Notes under the pieces: generated by a model
What the model was told of the DNA's origin: nothing
What the model saw: only the letters and a program-made list of their open reading frames with translations
Databases searched by the model: none
In this document: positions 18,823 to 27,988 of the stretch, in pieces
How the letters are laid out: each line of letters begins with the position of its first letter
Position numbering within the stretch: the first letter of the stretch is position 1
Translations under genes and position numbers: made by a program
Assembly: GCA_017416345.1 (NCBI GenBank)
Contig: JAFQCR010000004.1
Location: 51,783-115,782 of the forward strand
DNA length: 64,000 nt
Direction: 5' to 3'
Source of the DNA: Clostridia bacterium
GTDB lineage: Bacteria; Bacillota; Clostridia; Oscillospirales; Acutalibacteraceae

Positions 18823-20076
18823 TTATTTATACAAAGGATATTTTTCGCAGATAGCGGCAACTCTTTGCTTTATTTCGTCCTTTTTATTGTCAAAATCCTT
18901 AACGCAAAGGGCGATGACCTTACCGATCTCAACAAAATCCTCCTCCAAAAGGCCACGGGTGGTTGCGGCAGGAGTGCCGAGACGCACACCGCTTGTGACA
19001 AACGGCTTTTCGGGGTCGTTGGGAATGGCGTTCTTGTTGGCGGTGATGTTGACCTCGTCCAGACGGTGCTCAAGCTCCTTACCCGTAACACCTGTTCCAC
19101 GAAGATCAAGCAGCATCAGGTGGTTGTCGGTACCCATGGAAACAAGGTTGATACCCTCGGCGATAAGCGAGCCTGCCAAAGCATCGGCATTTTTCACGAT
19201 CTGCTCCTGATAAGCCTTAAACTCGGGGGTCAGAGCCTCACCGAAGCAAACGGCCTTACCTGCGATAACGTGCATCAAAGGACCGCCCTGGTTTCCGGGG
19301 AAAACGGCCTTGTTGATGGCCTTGAAAATCTCCTCGTCGTTGCAAAGGATCATACCGCCTCTGGGACCGCGGAGGGTCTTATGGGTGGTGGTGGTAACAA
19401 CGTCGGCATATTTGCAGGGATTGATGTGAAGGCCTGCGGCAACAAGACCTGCAATGTGAGCCATATCGACCATAAACAGAGCGCCGACCGACTTTGCGAT
19501 GTCGGCAATGACGTCAAACTTGATCTCACGTGCGTAGGCCGAAGCACCTGCAACGATGAGTTTAGGCTTGCAATCCTCTGCGATCTTTCTCATCTCGTCG
19601 TAATCAATGTAACCGTCATCGTTTACGCCGTAAGGAACAAAGTTATAAAGCTTACCCGAGGAGTTTACGGGTGAGCCGTGGGTCAAATGTCCGCCGTGGG
19701 CAAGGTTCATACCCATAACGGTGTCGCCCGGCTGTAAAAGTGCAAGATAAACAGCCTGGTTGGCCTGTGCACCCGAGTGGGGCTGAACGTTGGCAAAGTT
19801 GGCACCGAACAACTTGCAGGCACGATCGCGGGCTATGTCCTCAACAATGTCAACAAACTGGCATCCGCCGTAGTAACGCTTGCCGGGATAGCCCTCTGCG
19901 TATTTGTTGGTGAGCACCGAACCCATTGCGGCCATAACGGCAGGGGAAACAAAGTTTTCCGAAGCGATAAGCTCGATGTTTGACTGCTGGCGGCGAAGCT
20001 CCTTTTCCATTGCGGCGCCGACCTCGGGGTCTTTTTGGCTTACAAAGCCGACCGAATCCATAATATCCGAATACAT
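18823..20076 (-). CDS. glyA: serine hydroxymethyltransferase
   Basis: The 417-aa product has [21 protein letters not shown] and the PLP-lysine motif [14 protein letters not shown]. Confidence 0.97.
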   Translation of the reverse strand: MYSDIMDSVGFVSQKDPEVGAAMEKELRRQQSNIELIASENFVSPAVMAAMGSVLTNKYAEGYPGKRYYGGCQFVDIVEDIARDRACKLFGANFANVQPHSGAQANQAVYLALLQPGDTVMGMNLAHGGHLTHGSPVNSSGKLYNFVPYGVNDDGYIDYDEMRKIAEDCKPKLIVAGASAYAREIKFDVIADIAKSVGALFMVDMAHIAGLVAAGLHINPCKYADVVTTTTHKTLRGPRGGMILCNDEEIFKAINKAVFPGNQGGPLMHVIAGKAVCFGEALTPEFKAYQEQIVKNADALAGSLIAEGINLVSMGTDNHLMLLDLRGTGVTGKELEHRLDEVNITANKNAIPNDPEKPFVTSGVRLGTPAATTRGLLEEDFVEIGKVIALCVKDFDNKKDEIKQRVAAICEKYPLYK

Positions 20077-20239
20077 TTTTCATCTTCCTTTGCGAATATT
20101 TTAAATTAGTATCCTAATCGGTAACAGTATACTATATATTGTGCGAAATTTCAACAGTTATTTGCAGTATTTTCATATTTTCGGACTTTGTTTTGTGACA
20201 AGCAAATTGGAGATCATTACAAAAGCCGATAAACAGATT

Positions 20240-20279
20240 CCCCTTTACCTTGATAACGGTCATTGTCAAGGCAAAGGGG
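20240..20279 (-). terminator. stem-loop 3' of the first GH16 gene
   Basis: A 14-bp stem cccctttaccttga / tcaaggcaaagggg with one mismatch and only a weak T tract on the minus strand. Confidence 0.4.
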
Positions 20280-20286
20280 AAAAATA

Positions 20287-22053
20287 TTACTTCAGTACAC
20301 GCAGAAAGCTGATACCATCGTTCTTCTGATAGACATTGCAGTAGTCGATGATGAACTTGTTGGTCTTGGTCCACTCATCCTCGGTGGCGGTGCCGATGTC
20401 GGCACTCTGGCTTGCATAGCCCAAAGCCATACTGATTATCAGTGACATTTCATGGTTAAAGCATTCTTTGTCTTCTTCCTTTGTGGTGGTGTCATACTTA
20501 AAGAACAGCTTACCGTCGCAGGTGAAGGAGATCTGGGTCGAATCCCAAAGGAAGCCGTAGGTGTGGAAATCATCGGTCAAACGACCGCCTGCCTCGGGGT
20601 GGCTGTACTTCTTGGACTGACCGAACTGCTTACCGTCAAGCGAGGTATGAATATAACCCATATTCTTTCCCGTCTCGGTCGGCCAACGGTGACCGTTGGC
20701 AGCATAAGAGGCCGAATTGCCGAACATCTCCATAATGTCGATCTCGGGGCGCATCCACATGGGGATAGAGGGGTCGGTGTTGCTCATTGTCTGATTCTTG
20801 TACTTACTCGGACGTGATGCCCAGAATGCGACCCAGAAGCTGGGGCCGTGGGGCACAATGGCACTTATCTCGGCATAGCCGTATTTAAAAGACATAGTGT
20901 CTGCCGAAGTGATCTTGCCACCGTACCAATAATTATCATCCTGTGCCGCACAAATGTGGAACTTGCCGTCACGAAGATATACGTGATCGGGATTATCACT
21001 GCGAACGCTCAGCTTACCGTGCTGACCCTCTGCAGAATCCTCGAGACCTTTTCTCTGATACCACTTGGTGGTATCAAGGGTATCACCGTCGAAATCGTCA
21101 CCCCAGGCATACTTAAAGGTGTCGTCGCCGTAAGACTGTACGGTTTCGGCATAGCTTCCGCTTTTAGCGGTATCGGTGATTGCGTTGTGTTGGAGCATCT
21201 TGTTGAACTCGGCAATTGCGAGCGCGGTTGCGTGTGCACTGCCGCCGTTTATGTATATCTTCTTACCGCTTACGGTTATCTTGTAAGCATCGTGGTCGGT
21301 GATGGTCTCAACACCGTCACGGCCTGCGTTACCGACGATTATCTCATACTCTGCGGCCTCGGTCTTCTGGTCAAAAACGACTGCGGTCTTGTAGCCGGTC
21401 TTGGCAAGGATGGTCTCAACGACCTTGTCGACCTCGACCTGTGCAAGGTACGAGAAATTGAAGTAAGGTCTGACTATTGAAAATTTATTAAGATTAACGT
21501 TGTTTACCGTAATGTCCACAAAATCACCCTTTACCTTGTTGACATACTCAATTCCGCCTTTAACGCCCTCGACCTTTACAAGATTTTTGATAAAGTATTC
21601 GGTAGCGGCCTTAAGACCGTCGGGAGAATATGCGTTGATAACGATCTTCTTGCCGATGGTGCAGATTATCCAATCGTTATAACGTCCGCCGTCCTGCGAC
21701 AAAAGATAGTCGAGTGCCTGTTTGGATTCCGGACGGTTGGTTGCGCCCAACAGAATCTCATATTTGTCGGTACCGTCGGTATTGTCGGCCATATTCTTAA
21801 CGGTCACGCCAAGTGTACCCTTCATCTGCTTGAAAAGGTAGGACGCTGATGCAGTCTCGTCCACATCGGTGTTCTCCTCGGGACGGATAATGGTGTAGAC
21901 CGAATCGCCGTTATTGACATAATTGACGTCAGCCTTTGAGATGATGCCGTCAGCCGAGGATGCGGTGTCGCCGCTCCCGTTATCACCGCCGCAACCCACA
22001 AAAAGGGTCACAGCAAACAAAACGCAAAGTGTCAAAGCAAGTATTTTTTTCAT
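20287..22053 (-). CDS. GH16 beta-glucanase-family lipoprotein with two N-terminal alpha/beta modules
   Basis: The start is set at MKKILALTLCVLFAVTLFVGCGG (lipobox; GGGAGG RBS). The C-terminal GH16 domain has WGDDFDG..LD..KW and the catalytic motif EIDIME. Confidence 0.8.
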   Translation of the reverse strand: MKKILALTLCVLFAVTLFVGCGGDNGSGDTASSADGIISKADVNYVNNGDSVYTIIRPEENTDVDETASASYLFKQMKGTLGVTVKNMADNTDGTDKYEILLGATNRPESKQALDYLLSQDGGRYNDWIICTIGKKIVINAYSPDGLKAATEYFIKNLVKVEGVKGGIEYVNKVKGDFVDITVNNVNLNKFSIVRPYFNFSYLAQVEVDKVVETILAKTGYKTAVVFDQKTEAAEYEIIVGNAGRDGVETITDHDAYKITVSGKKIYINGGSAHATALAIAEFNKMLQHNAITDTAKSGSYAETVQSYGDDTFKYAWGDDFDGDTLDTTKWYQRKGLEDSAEGQHGKLSVRSDNPDHVYLRDGKFHICAAQDDNYWYGGKITSADTMSFKYGYAEISAIVPHGPSFWVAFWASRPSKYKNQTMSNTDPSIPMWMRPEIDIMEMFGNSASYAANGHRWPTETGKNMGYIHTSLDGKQFGQSKKYSHPEAGGRLTDDFHTYGFLWDSTQISFTCDGKLFFKYDTTTKEEDKECFNHEMSLIISMALGYASQSADIGTATEDEWTKTNKFIIDYCNVYQKNDGISFLRVLK

Positions 22054-22201
22054 AAAAGACCTCCCATAGATTTCTGATTTCAATATAACAAATAGAGGAG
22101 GCATTGTCAACAATTTTTCGAATAAAGAACGAATTTACAACAAAATTTATTGCATATCTGCGCATAGTGAAGGCGAGCGCTAAACCTATGATAAGTTGCA
22201 G

Positions 22202-22236
22202 AACAACAAAAACACGGGAGGTGTTGGCCTCCCGTG
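22202..22236 (-). terminator. intrinsic terminator of the upstream GH16 paralog
   Basis: Stem cacgggagg / cctcccgtg followed by TTTTTGTTGTT on the minus strand. Confidence 0.65.
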
Positions 22237-22305
22237 GGTGAAGTTGAGATTCAGTGTCGATATGTTGCTTCGCAATTCGATATGTGCCTGACGGCATAGG
22301 GTCTA

Positions 22306-23709
22306 TTACCACTCAACCTTATTTTCGGCGTTGAGGACGGATCTGCCGCCGTCGTCGAGCTGATACAGATGCACGTAATCCGAAACGTAGACGTTGGAGG
22401 TGGCCCATTCCTCGTCGGTGGCCGTTTGCGGCAACGGACAGGCCGAGCAACCTGCAACGCAGGACAGGATCATCTTGACCGGCACGGCATTGAAGGCCGC
22501 CTTATAGTCCTCAAAGCCTTCCTCGTTAAGGTTCAGATCACAGTAGATCTTACCGTCACCCGTGAAGGCTATGTAATCCTCGGTCCACAAAAATCCGTAG
22601 GTATGGAAGGCATCCTTCAGCGAGCCTGGGTCACCGTCCGGCAATCTGAAGCGGCTTTCGTTGGCACGAAGCGTGTCAAACGAACGGTGGGTGTATCCAA
22701 GCTCGGCCGCCTGCTTGCTTATATGCACGTGGGCATTGGCCTCGGCCAACGCAGAATTTCCGAAGGATTCATTGACATCAATTTCCGGATATACCAGCTC
22801 AGCCGGCTCAAAAGCTGCCATGTAAAGCGTGTTCCAGAAGCCTCTGCCCTGCGGCAACAAACAGCTTGTTTCAACATATCCGTACATAAAAGTCATGTGC
22901 TTGTTTGTACGGATGGTGCCGCCGTAGTAGTTGTCAAAATCCCGTGTGCATACGGCGTGGAAATATCCGTCATAGATCTTTACGTTTTCGGGTCGGCGCC
23001 AGGCTCTCAAGCCGTTTTTACCCGACGTACCCGTTTTGTGATCCTTTTGGCCGTATTCCTCATCTATAACGTCCCACTTGGTGGTGTCGACCTTCGTGCC
23101 GTCAAAATCGTCCACCCAAACGGGGCGGTAGTCCACGGTGGGGTCGTAGTTTTTAAGATAGGTGGCCTTATAGCTTGCGTTTTTTACGGTGTTTTGGTCG
23201 GTCACACCTTTTTTGAGCATTTTGGCGAACTCGGATACCGCCATTGCGGTGGAATAGGTGTTGCCGCCGTTAAGGTAGACCTTGTCACCCGAAACCGTGA
23301 TGTTAAAGGCGTCGTGCTCCTCGATCAGCTCAACACCGTCACGGTTAGTCTTGCCCACGATTATCTCATACTGTCCTTGTGCGGTATAGGCATCCTCCAA
23401 AATTTCAACGGTTCCCTTTTTCTCGTTCTTGACCGTCTCGACCAAGGCTTCCATTTCAACCTGAACGAGGTAGGAGGTGTTGTAATGCGGTCTGACTATT
23501 GAAAATTTTGAAATATCAACACCGTTCACCGTAAAAGCGGTGGTTTCGGTGTCGGTGGAGGCTGTCGTATCGCTGCCCGAAGCATCGGGTGCAACCGATG
23601 ACGTGTCCGAGGAGGGGAGAGACGGGGTCTGTCCACCGTCCGTGCCGCCGCAACCGACCAGCGAGAATATCATTATGCAAAAAACAAAAAGTGCAAGTAT
23701 TCTTTTCAA
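22306..23709 (-). CDS. GH16-family lipoprotein paralog (one N-terminal alpha/beta module)
   Basis: The start is reassigned to TTG 23709 (GAGGTGG RBS 5 nt upstream), giving M-KRILALFVFCIMIFSLVGCGG (lipobox). GH16 motifs are WVDDFDG..VD..KW and EIDVNE. Confidence 0.8.
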   Translation of the reverse strand: MKRILALFVFCIMIFSLVGCGGTDGGQTPSLPSSDTSSVAPDASGSDTTASTDTETTAFTVNGVDISKFSIVRPHYNTSYLVQVEMEALVETVKNEKKGTVEILEDAYTAQGQYEIIVGKTNRDGVELIEEHDAFNITVSGDKVYLNGGNTYSTAMAVSEFAKMLKKGVTDQNTVKNASYKATYLKNYDPTVDYRPVWVDDFDGTKVDTTKWDVIDEEYGQKDHKTGTSGKNGLRAWRRPENVKIYDGYFHAVCTRDFDNYYGGTIRTNKHMTFMYGYVETSCLLPQGRGFWNTLYMAAFEPAELVYPEIDVNESFGNSALAEANAHVHISKQAAELGYTHRSFDTLRANESRFRLPDGDPGSLKDAFHTYGFLWTEDYIAFTGDGKIYCDLNLNEEGFEDYKAAFNAVPVKMILSCVAGCSACPLPQTATDEEWATSNVYVSDYVHLYQLDDGGRSVLNAENKVEW

Positions 23710-23933
23710 ATCTGCCACCTCTGTGAAATGAAATATCTTCGAATCCATTATAAGATACATCACACCCGATTTCAAGAAGAATCGTTTTTTATGAGACACA
23801 AAACACCAATTGTGTTAAATAAAAAAATAACTTTTAAAAGCACTTTAAATTTTAACAACTATGTGGTATACTAACATAGAATATAGATTTTAAGCCGTTT
23901 CGGCAATACATAACCTAAGGAGTTTTTTGGAAA

Positions 23934-26660
23934 ATGGGTTTTTTACAGAAGCTTTTCGGAAACTACAGTGAAAAAGAGATCAAGCGTATAAGACCTTTGC
24001 AGCAGCAGGTCTTGGATCTTGAGGAAAAATATGCCGCAATGAGCGATGACGAGCTTAAAGGTATGACCGACAAGCTCAAGGCACAGCTTAAAGAAGGCAA
24101 GCCGTTGGATGCAATTCTGCCCGATGCCTTTGCCGTCTGCCGAGAGGCAAGCTGGCGTGTGCTTTCGATGAAGCACTTTCCCGTGCAGATATTGGGCGGT
24201 ATCATACTTCATCAGGGACGTATCAGCGAGATGCGTACCGGTGAGGGTAAGACCCTTGTTGCAACTCTGCCTGCCTACCTCAATGCGCTGACCGAAAAGG
24301 GTGTTCACATCGTTACGGTCAACGACTACCTTGCACGACGTGACAGCGAGTGGATGGGTAAGGTCTACAGCTTTTTGGGACTGACCGTCGGACTTGTTGT
24401 GCCCGGTATGAGCAATGAGGATAAAAAGGTTGCCTATGCCGCCGACATTACCTATTGTACCAACAATGAGCTGGGCTTTGACTATCTGCGTGACAATATG
24501 GTCATTTACAAGGAGCAGAAGGTCCAGCGCGGTCACAATTTTGCCATCGTTGACGAGGTCGACTCTATCTTGATAGATGAGGCCAGAACTCCGCTTATCA
24601 TTTCGGGTAAGGGCGATAAATCATCCGACCTTTATGCCGCCGCCAACAAGCTGGCACGCTCCTTGAAGTGTGTCCGCATCCGTCAGACCGACGACAAAAA
24701 GACCGACGAGGAGCAGAACTTCGACGGCGATTATGTTGTTGATGAAAAGGCCAAGACCTGCACACTCACGCCCTCGGGCGTCGAAAAGGCCGAGGCGTTC
24801 TTCAACATCGAAAACCTCAACGACCCCGAAAACATCACCATTTCGCATCACGTTCAGCAGGCTATCCGTGCCTACGGAATAATGAAGCGTGATGTTGACT
24901 ATGTTGTCAAGGACGGTGAGGTGCTTATCGTTGACGAGTTTACCGGCCGTATTATGTACGGACGACGCTACAACGAGGGTCTGCACCAGGCTATTGAGGC
25001 CAAGGAGGGTGTTAAGATCGCCCACGAATCAAGAACTCTGGCCACCATTACCTTCCAGAATTTCTTCCGTCTTTATTCCAAGCTTTCGGGTATGACGGGT
25101 ACCGCCATGACCGAGGAGTCCGAGTTCAGACAGATATATAATCTTGACGTTGTTGAGATCCCCACCAACAAGCCGGTCGTCCGTGAGGATATGGATGATG
25201 TCATCTACAAGACCGAAAGAGCCAAGTTCAACGCCGTCATCAACAATATTGCCGAGTGCCACGCAAAGGGTCAGCCCGTGCTGGTCGGTACCATTTCCAT
25301 CGAAAAATCCGAAGTTCTGAGCTCGTTGCTCAAGAAAAAGGGCATCAAGCACAATGTTCTGAACGCAAAATACCACGATAAGGAAGCCGAGATCATCGCC
25401 CAGGCAGGCAAATACGGCGCCGTTACCATTGCCACCAATATGGCAGGCCGCGGTACCGATATCATGCTCGGCGGTAACGCCGAATACCTCGCAAAGTCCG
25501 AGCTTCGCAAGCTGGGCTACAGCGAGGAGCTTATCTCGGCGGCCACCGGCTTTGCCGAAACTGACGATGCCGATGTTTTAAAGGCACGTGAGGAGTATCA
25601 CAGATTCCATAACGAATTCAAGGCCGAGATCGAGCCCGAAGCCGAGAAGGTAAGAGCTGCAGGCGGTCTGTTCATCATCGGTACCGAGCGTCACGAATCG
25701 AGACGAATCGACAATCAGCTCCGAGGCCGTGCAGGACGTCAGGGCGACCCCGGTGCCAGCCGCTTCTTCATCTCGCTTGAGGATGACCTTATGCGACTTT
25801 TCGGCGGCGAGCGTATCTACAATATGATGAATATGCTCAAGGTAGACGAAAACGTGCCTATTGAGACGGGTATACTCACCAAGTCCATCGAAAGCGCACA
25901 GCAGCGCATCGAGGGACGCAATTTTGCCATCCGTAAGAACGTGCTTGACTATGACGATGTTATGAACAAGCAGCGTGACCTCATCTATACCCAGCGTAAC
26001 CGTGTGCTGGACGGCGAGGACATTAAAGATACCGTCCGCAAGATGATGGATGAGACCATCGAGGCGGCGGTCGAGCTTAATCTTGAGGGCGATGTTCCCG
26101 ATCTGTGGAACTTTGACAAGCTGAGAAACTATTTCCGTGGCTGGCTTGTGGGAGAAAACGACCTTCGCTTCACAATTGAAGAGCTCAACCGCATCGACAA
26201 GGACGATATCGTTGAAATGCTGCAGGAAAAGGCACACGCCATCTGTCAGCGAAAAGAGGAAGAATACGGCTCTGAAATGATGCGTGAGATCGAGCGTGTT
26301 ATGCTGCTTCGGAGCGTTGATATGCATTGGATGGATCACATCGATGCTATGGATGAGCTCAGGCAGGGTATCGGTCTCCGTGCTTACGGTCAGCACAATC
26401 CCGTTGTCGAATACCGCAACGAGGGCTACGATATGTTCAGCGCAATGACCGATATGATACGTGAGGACACCACAAAAATGGTGCTTTGTGCAACGATCCG
26501 CCGCAATGACGAGGGTCCTAAGCGTGAAAAGGTGGCCGAGGAAGAAAAAACAGATAAGAACGCCACCGTCAGAGGCAAGGGTGTTGTTAGCAAAAACGCT
26601 CCCTGCCCCTGCGGAAGCGGTCTGAAATACAAGCGCTGCTGCGGAAAGGGTATCGACTGA
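23934..26660 (+). CDS. secA: preprotein translocase ATPase SecA
   Basis: The 908-aa product has MRTGEGKTL (Walker A), [26 protein letters not shown] and the C-terminal zinc finger [14 protein letters not shown]. Confidence 0.98.
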   Translation: MGFLQKLFGNYSEKEIKRIRPLQQQVLDLEEKYAAMSDDELKGMTDKLKAQLKEGKPLDAILPDAFAVCREASWRVLSMKHFPVQILGGIILHQGRISEMRTGEGKTLVATLPAYLNALTEKGVHIVTVNDYLARRDSEWMGKVYSFLGLTVGLVVPGMSNEDKKVAYAADITYCTNNELGFDYLRDNMVIYKEQKVQRGHNFAIVDEVDSILIDEARTPLIISGKGDKSSDLYAAANKLARSLKCVRIRQTDDKKTDEEQNFDGDYVVDEKAKTCTLTPSGVEKAEAFFNIENLNDPENITISHHVQQAIRAYGIMKRDVDYVVKDGEVLIVDEFTGRIMYGRRYNEGLHQAIEAKEGVKIAHESRTLATITFQNFFRLYSKLSGMTGTAMTEESEFRQIYNLDVVEIPTNKPVVREDMDDVIYKTERAKFNAVINNIAECHAKGQPVLVGTISIEKSEVLSSLLKKKGIKHNVLNAKYHDKEAEIIAQAGKYGAVTIATNMAGRGTDIMLGGNAEYLAKSELRKLGYSEELISAATGFAETDDADVLKAREEYHRFHNEFKAEIEPEAEKVRAAGGLFIIGTERHESRRIDNQLRGRAGRQGDPGASRFFISLEDDLMRLFGGERIYNMMNMLKVDENVPIETGILTKSIESAQQRIEGRNFAIRKNVLDYDDVMNKQRDLIYTQRNRVLDGEDIKDTVRKMMDETIEAAVELNLEGDVPDLWNFDKLRNYFRGWLVGENDLRFTIEELNRIDKDDIVEMLQEKAHAICQRKEEEYGSEMMREIERVMLLRSVDMHWMDHIDAMDELRQGIGLRAYGQHNPVVEYRNEGYDMFSAMTDMIREDTTKMVLCATIRRNDEGPKREKVAEEEKTDKNATVRGKGVVSKNAPCPCGSGLKYKRCCGKGID

Positions 26661-27286
26661 TGCATATTCCGTCATCGACAACTCAAAAAATAGAAATTTT
26701 GTCCTTTAATGAGGCTTTGCGTGAGGAACAGACGGCACAGCACGAATATGACGGCAACAAATGGCTGTATGTGCCGTGCCGATACTCCGAGTACCGTTAT
26801 ATTTTGGGTACAAGGGGCAAAAATCCGCTCATTTGCATCGGAATAAACCCCTCCACCGCCGAGCCGGACAATCTGGATAATACCTTGAAAAGTGTTGAAC
26901 GCATCGCACGGCACAACGGGTACGATTCCTTTATAATGTTCAACGTGTATCCCCAGCGTGCCACCGACCCCGATGATATGGATCCCGAGTTCAACGCCCC
27001 GATGCACGAGGAAAATATGAAGGCGTTTGAGTACATACTTTCGTCCTACGGTGAAGGCCTTAAGCCTGCCGTGTGGGCGGCTTGGGGAACCATTATCGAA
27101 AAGCGTCCTTATCTTAAAGACTGTGTGAAGGATATGATAACGAGGGGAGAACGCTTCGGTGCCAGGTGGTTTACTGCAGGTGCCCGTTCTAAAGCCAAGG
27201 GGCATCCTCATCATCCGCTGTATTTAAAAAAGGACAGCTCGACCGACATTTTTGAAGATATTATTTCATATCTTGACAGTTTGTGA
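26660..27286 (+). CDS. DUF1643-domain protein
   Basis: The 208-aa product contains LICIGINPSTAEPDNLDNTL..V..IA..NGYDSFIMFNVYPQRATDP, the DUF1643 core as I recall it. Its ATG shares one nt with the secA TGA (TGATG). Confidence 0.75.
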   Translation: MHIPSSTTQKIEILSFNEALREEQTAQHEYDGNKWLYVPCRYSEYRYILGTRGKNPLICIGINPSTAEPDNLDNTLKSVERIARHNGYDSFIMFNVYPQRATDPDDMDPEFNAPMHEENMKAFEYILSSYGEGLKPAVWAAWGTIIEKRPYLKDCVKDMITRGERFGARWFTAGARSKAKGHPHHPLYLKKDSSTDIFEDIISYLDSL

Positions 27287-27359
27287 CAAAAGATTATAAT
27301 GTATATATCTGTTTTTGTTTTTCAGTAAAATTTTCAAAGCTTTTGCGGAGGGTATAATA

Positions 27360-27914
27360 ATGAAACCGATCAATTCCATCGAAGAACTTAATTCCAGAAT
27401 AAAAAGGGTACTTGTCACCGAGGATGAGATCCGTGAAGCCGTTAAGAAAGCAGGCAAGGAGATCGACAAGCTTTATGACGGACGTCCTGTTTTGCTGGTC
27501 AGCATCCTAAAAGGCTCGTTTGTGTTTATGGCTGACATCTGCCGCAGCGTGACCGTCCCGTGCGAGATCGGCTTTATGTGTGCCAAGAGCTATTACGAAG
27601 GCACCACCTCATCGGGCGTTGTTAAGATAACAATGGATCTTGACCGTGATATAAGCGGCTACCACGTTGTAATTATCGAGGATATTATCGACACCGGACG
27701 CACCCTGAAGGATATTTTAAGGATATTAGGCGCACGCAATCCGCTGTCGCTCCACGTTATCACCCTTTTGGACAAGCCCTCCAGAAGATTGGTCGATATG
27801 GAAGCCGATATGGCGCTGTTCACCATCCCCGATCACTTTGTTATCGGTTACGGACTTGATTGCGGCGAGTACTATCGCAACCTGCCTTACATAGCAGAGT
27901 ATAGCGAAGAATAA
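27360..27914 (+). CDS. hpt: hypoxanthine phosphoribosyltransferase
   Basis: The start is set at ATG 27360 after GGAGGG. The PRPP motif is VVIIEDIIDTGRTL, and the C-terminal region has YGLDCGEYYRNLPYI. Confidence 0.92.
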   Translation: MKPINSIEELNSRIKRVLVTEDEIREAVKKAGKEIDKLYDGRPVLLVSILKGSFVFMADICRSVTVPCEIGFMCAKSYYEGTTSSGVVKITMDLDRDISGYHVVIIEDIIDTGRTLKDILRILGARNPLSLHVITLLDKPSRRLVDMEADMALFTIPDHFVIGYGLDCGEYYRNLPYIAEYSEE

Positions 27915-27929
27915 TTTTTTCTCACATAA

Positions 27930-27975
27930 AACACACCCGTCAGCATTGAACTGACGGGTGTGTTGCTTTTATTTT
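27930..27975. terminator. bidirectional terminator (hpt / LtaS-like)
   Basis: A 14-bp stem aacacacccgtcag / ctgacgggtgtgtt followed by a T tract. Confidence 0.8.
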
Positions 27976-27988
27976 TCCGGGTTTTATT

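Noticed and set aside
20287-23799. N-terminal extensions of the track ORFs 20287-22113 and 22306-23799. The same applies to 27315, 33373, 34233, 35837, 51999, 52330 and 60910.
   Set aside because: Downstream starts have proper AGGAGG-type RBSs at 5-9 nt and give canonical N-termini (lipoprotein signal peptides, MISEIRG... for enolase, MARKMKT... for PFOR). The upstream extensions lack RBSs or overlap promoters and terminators.
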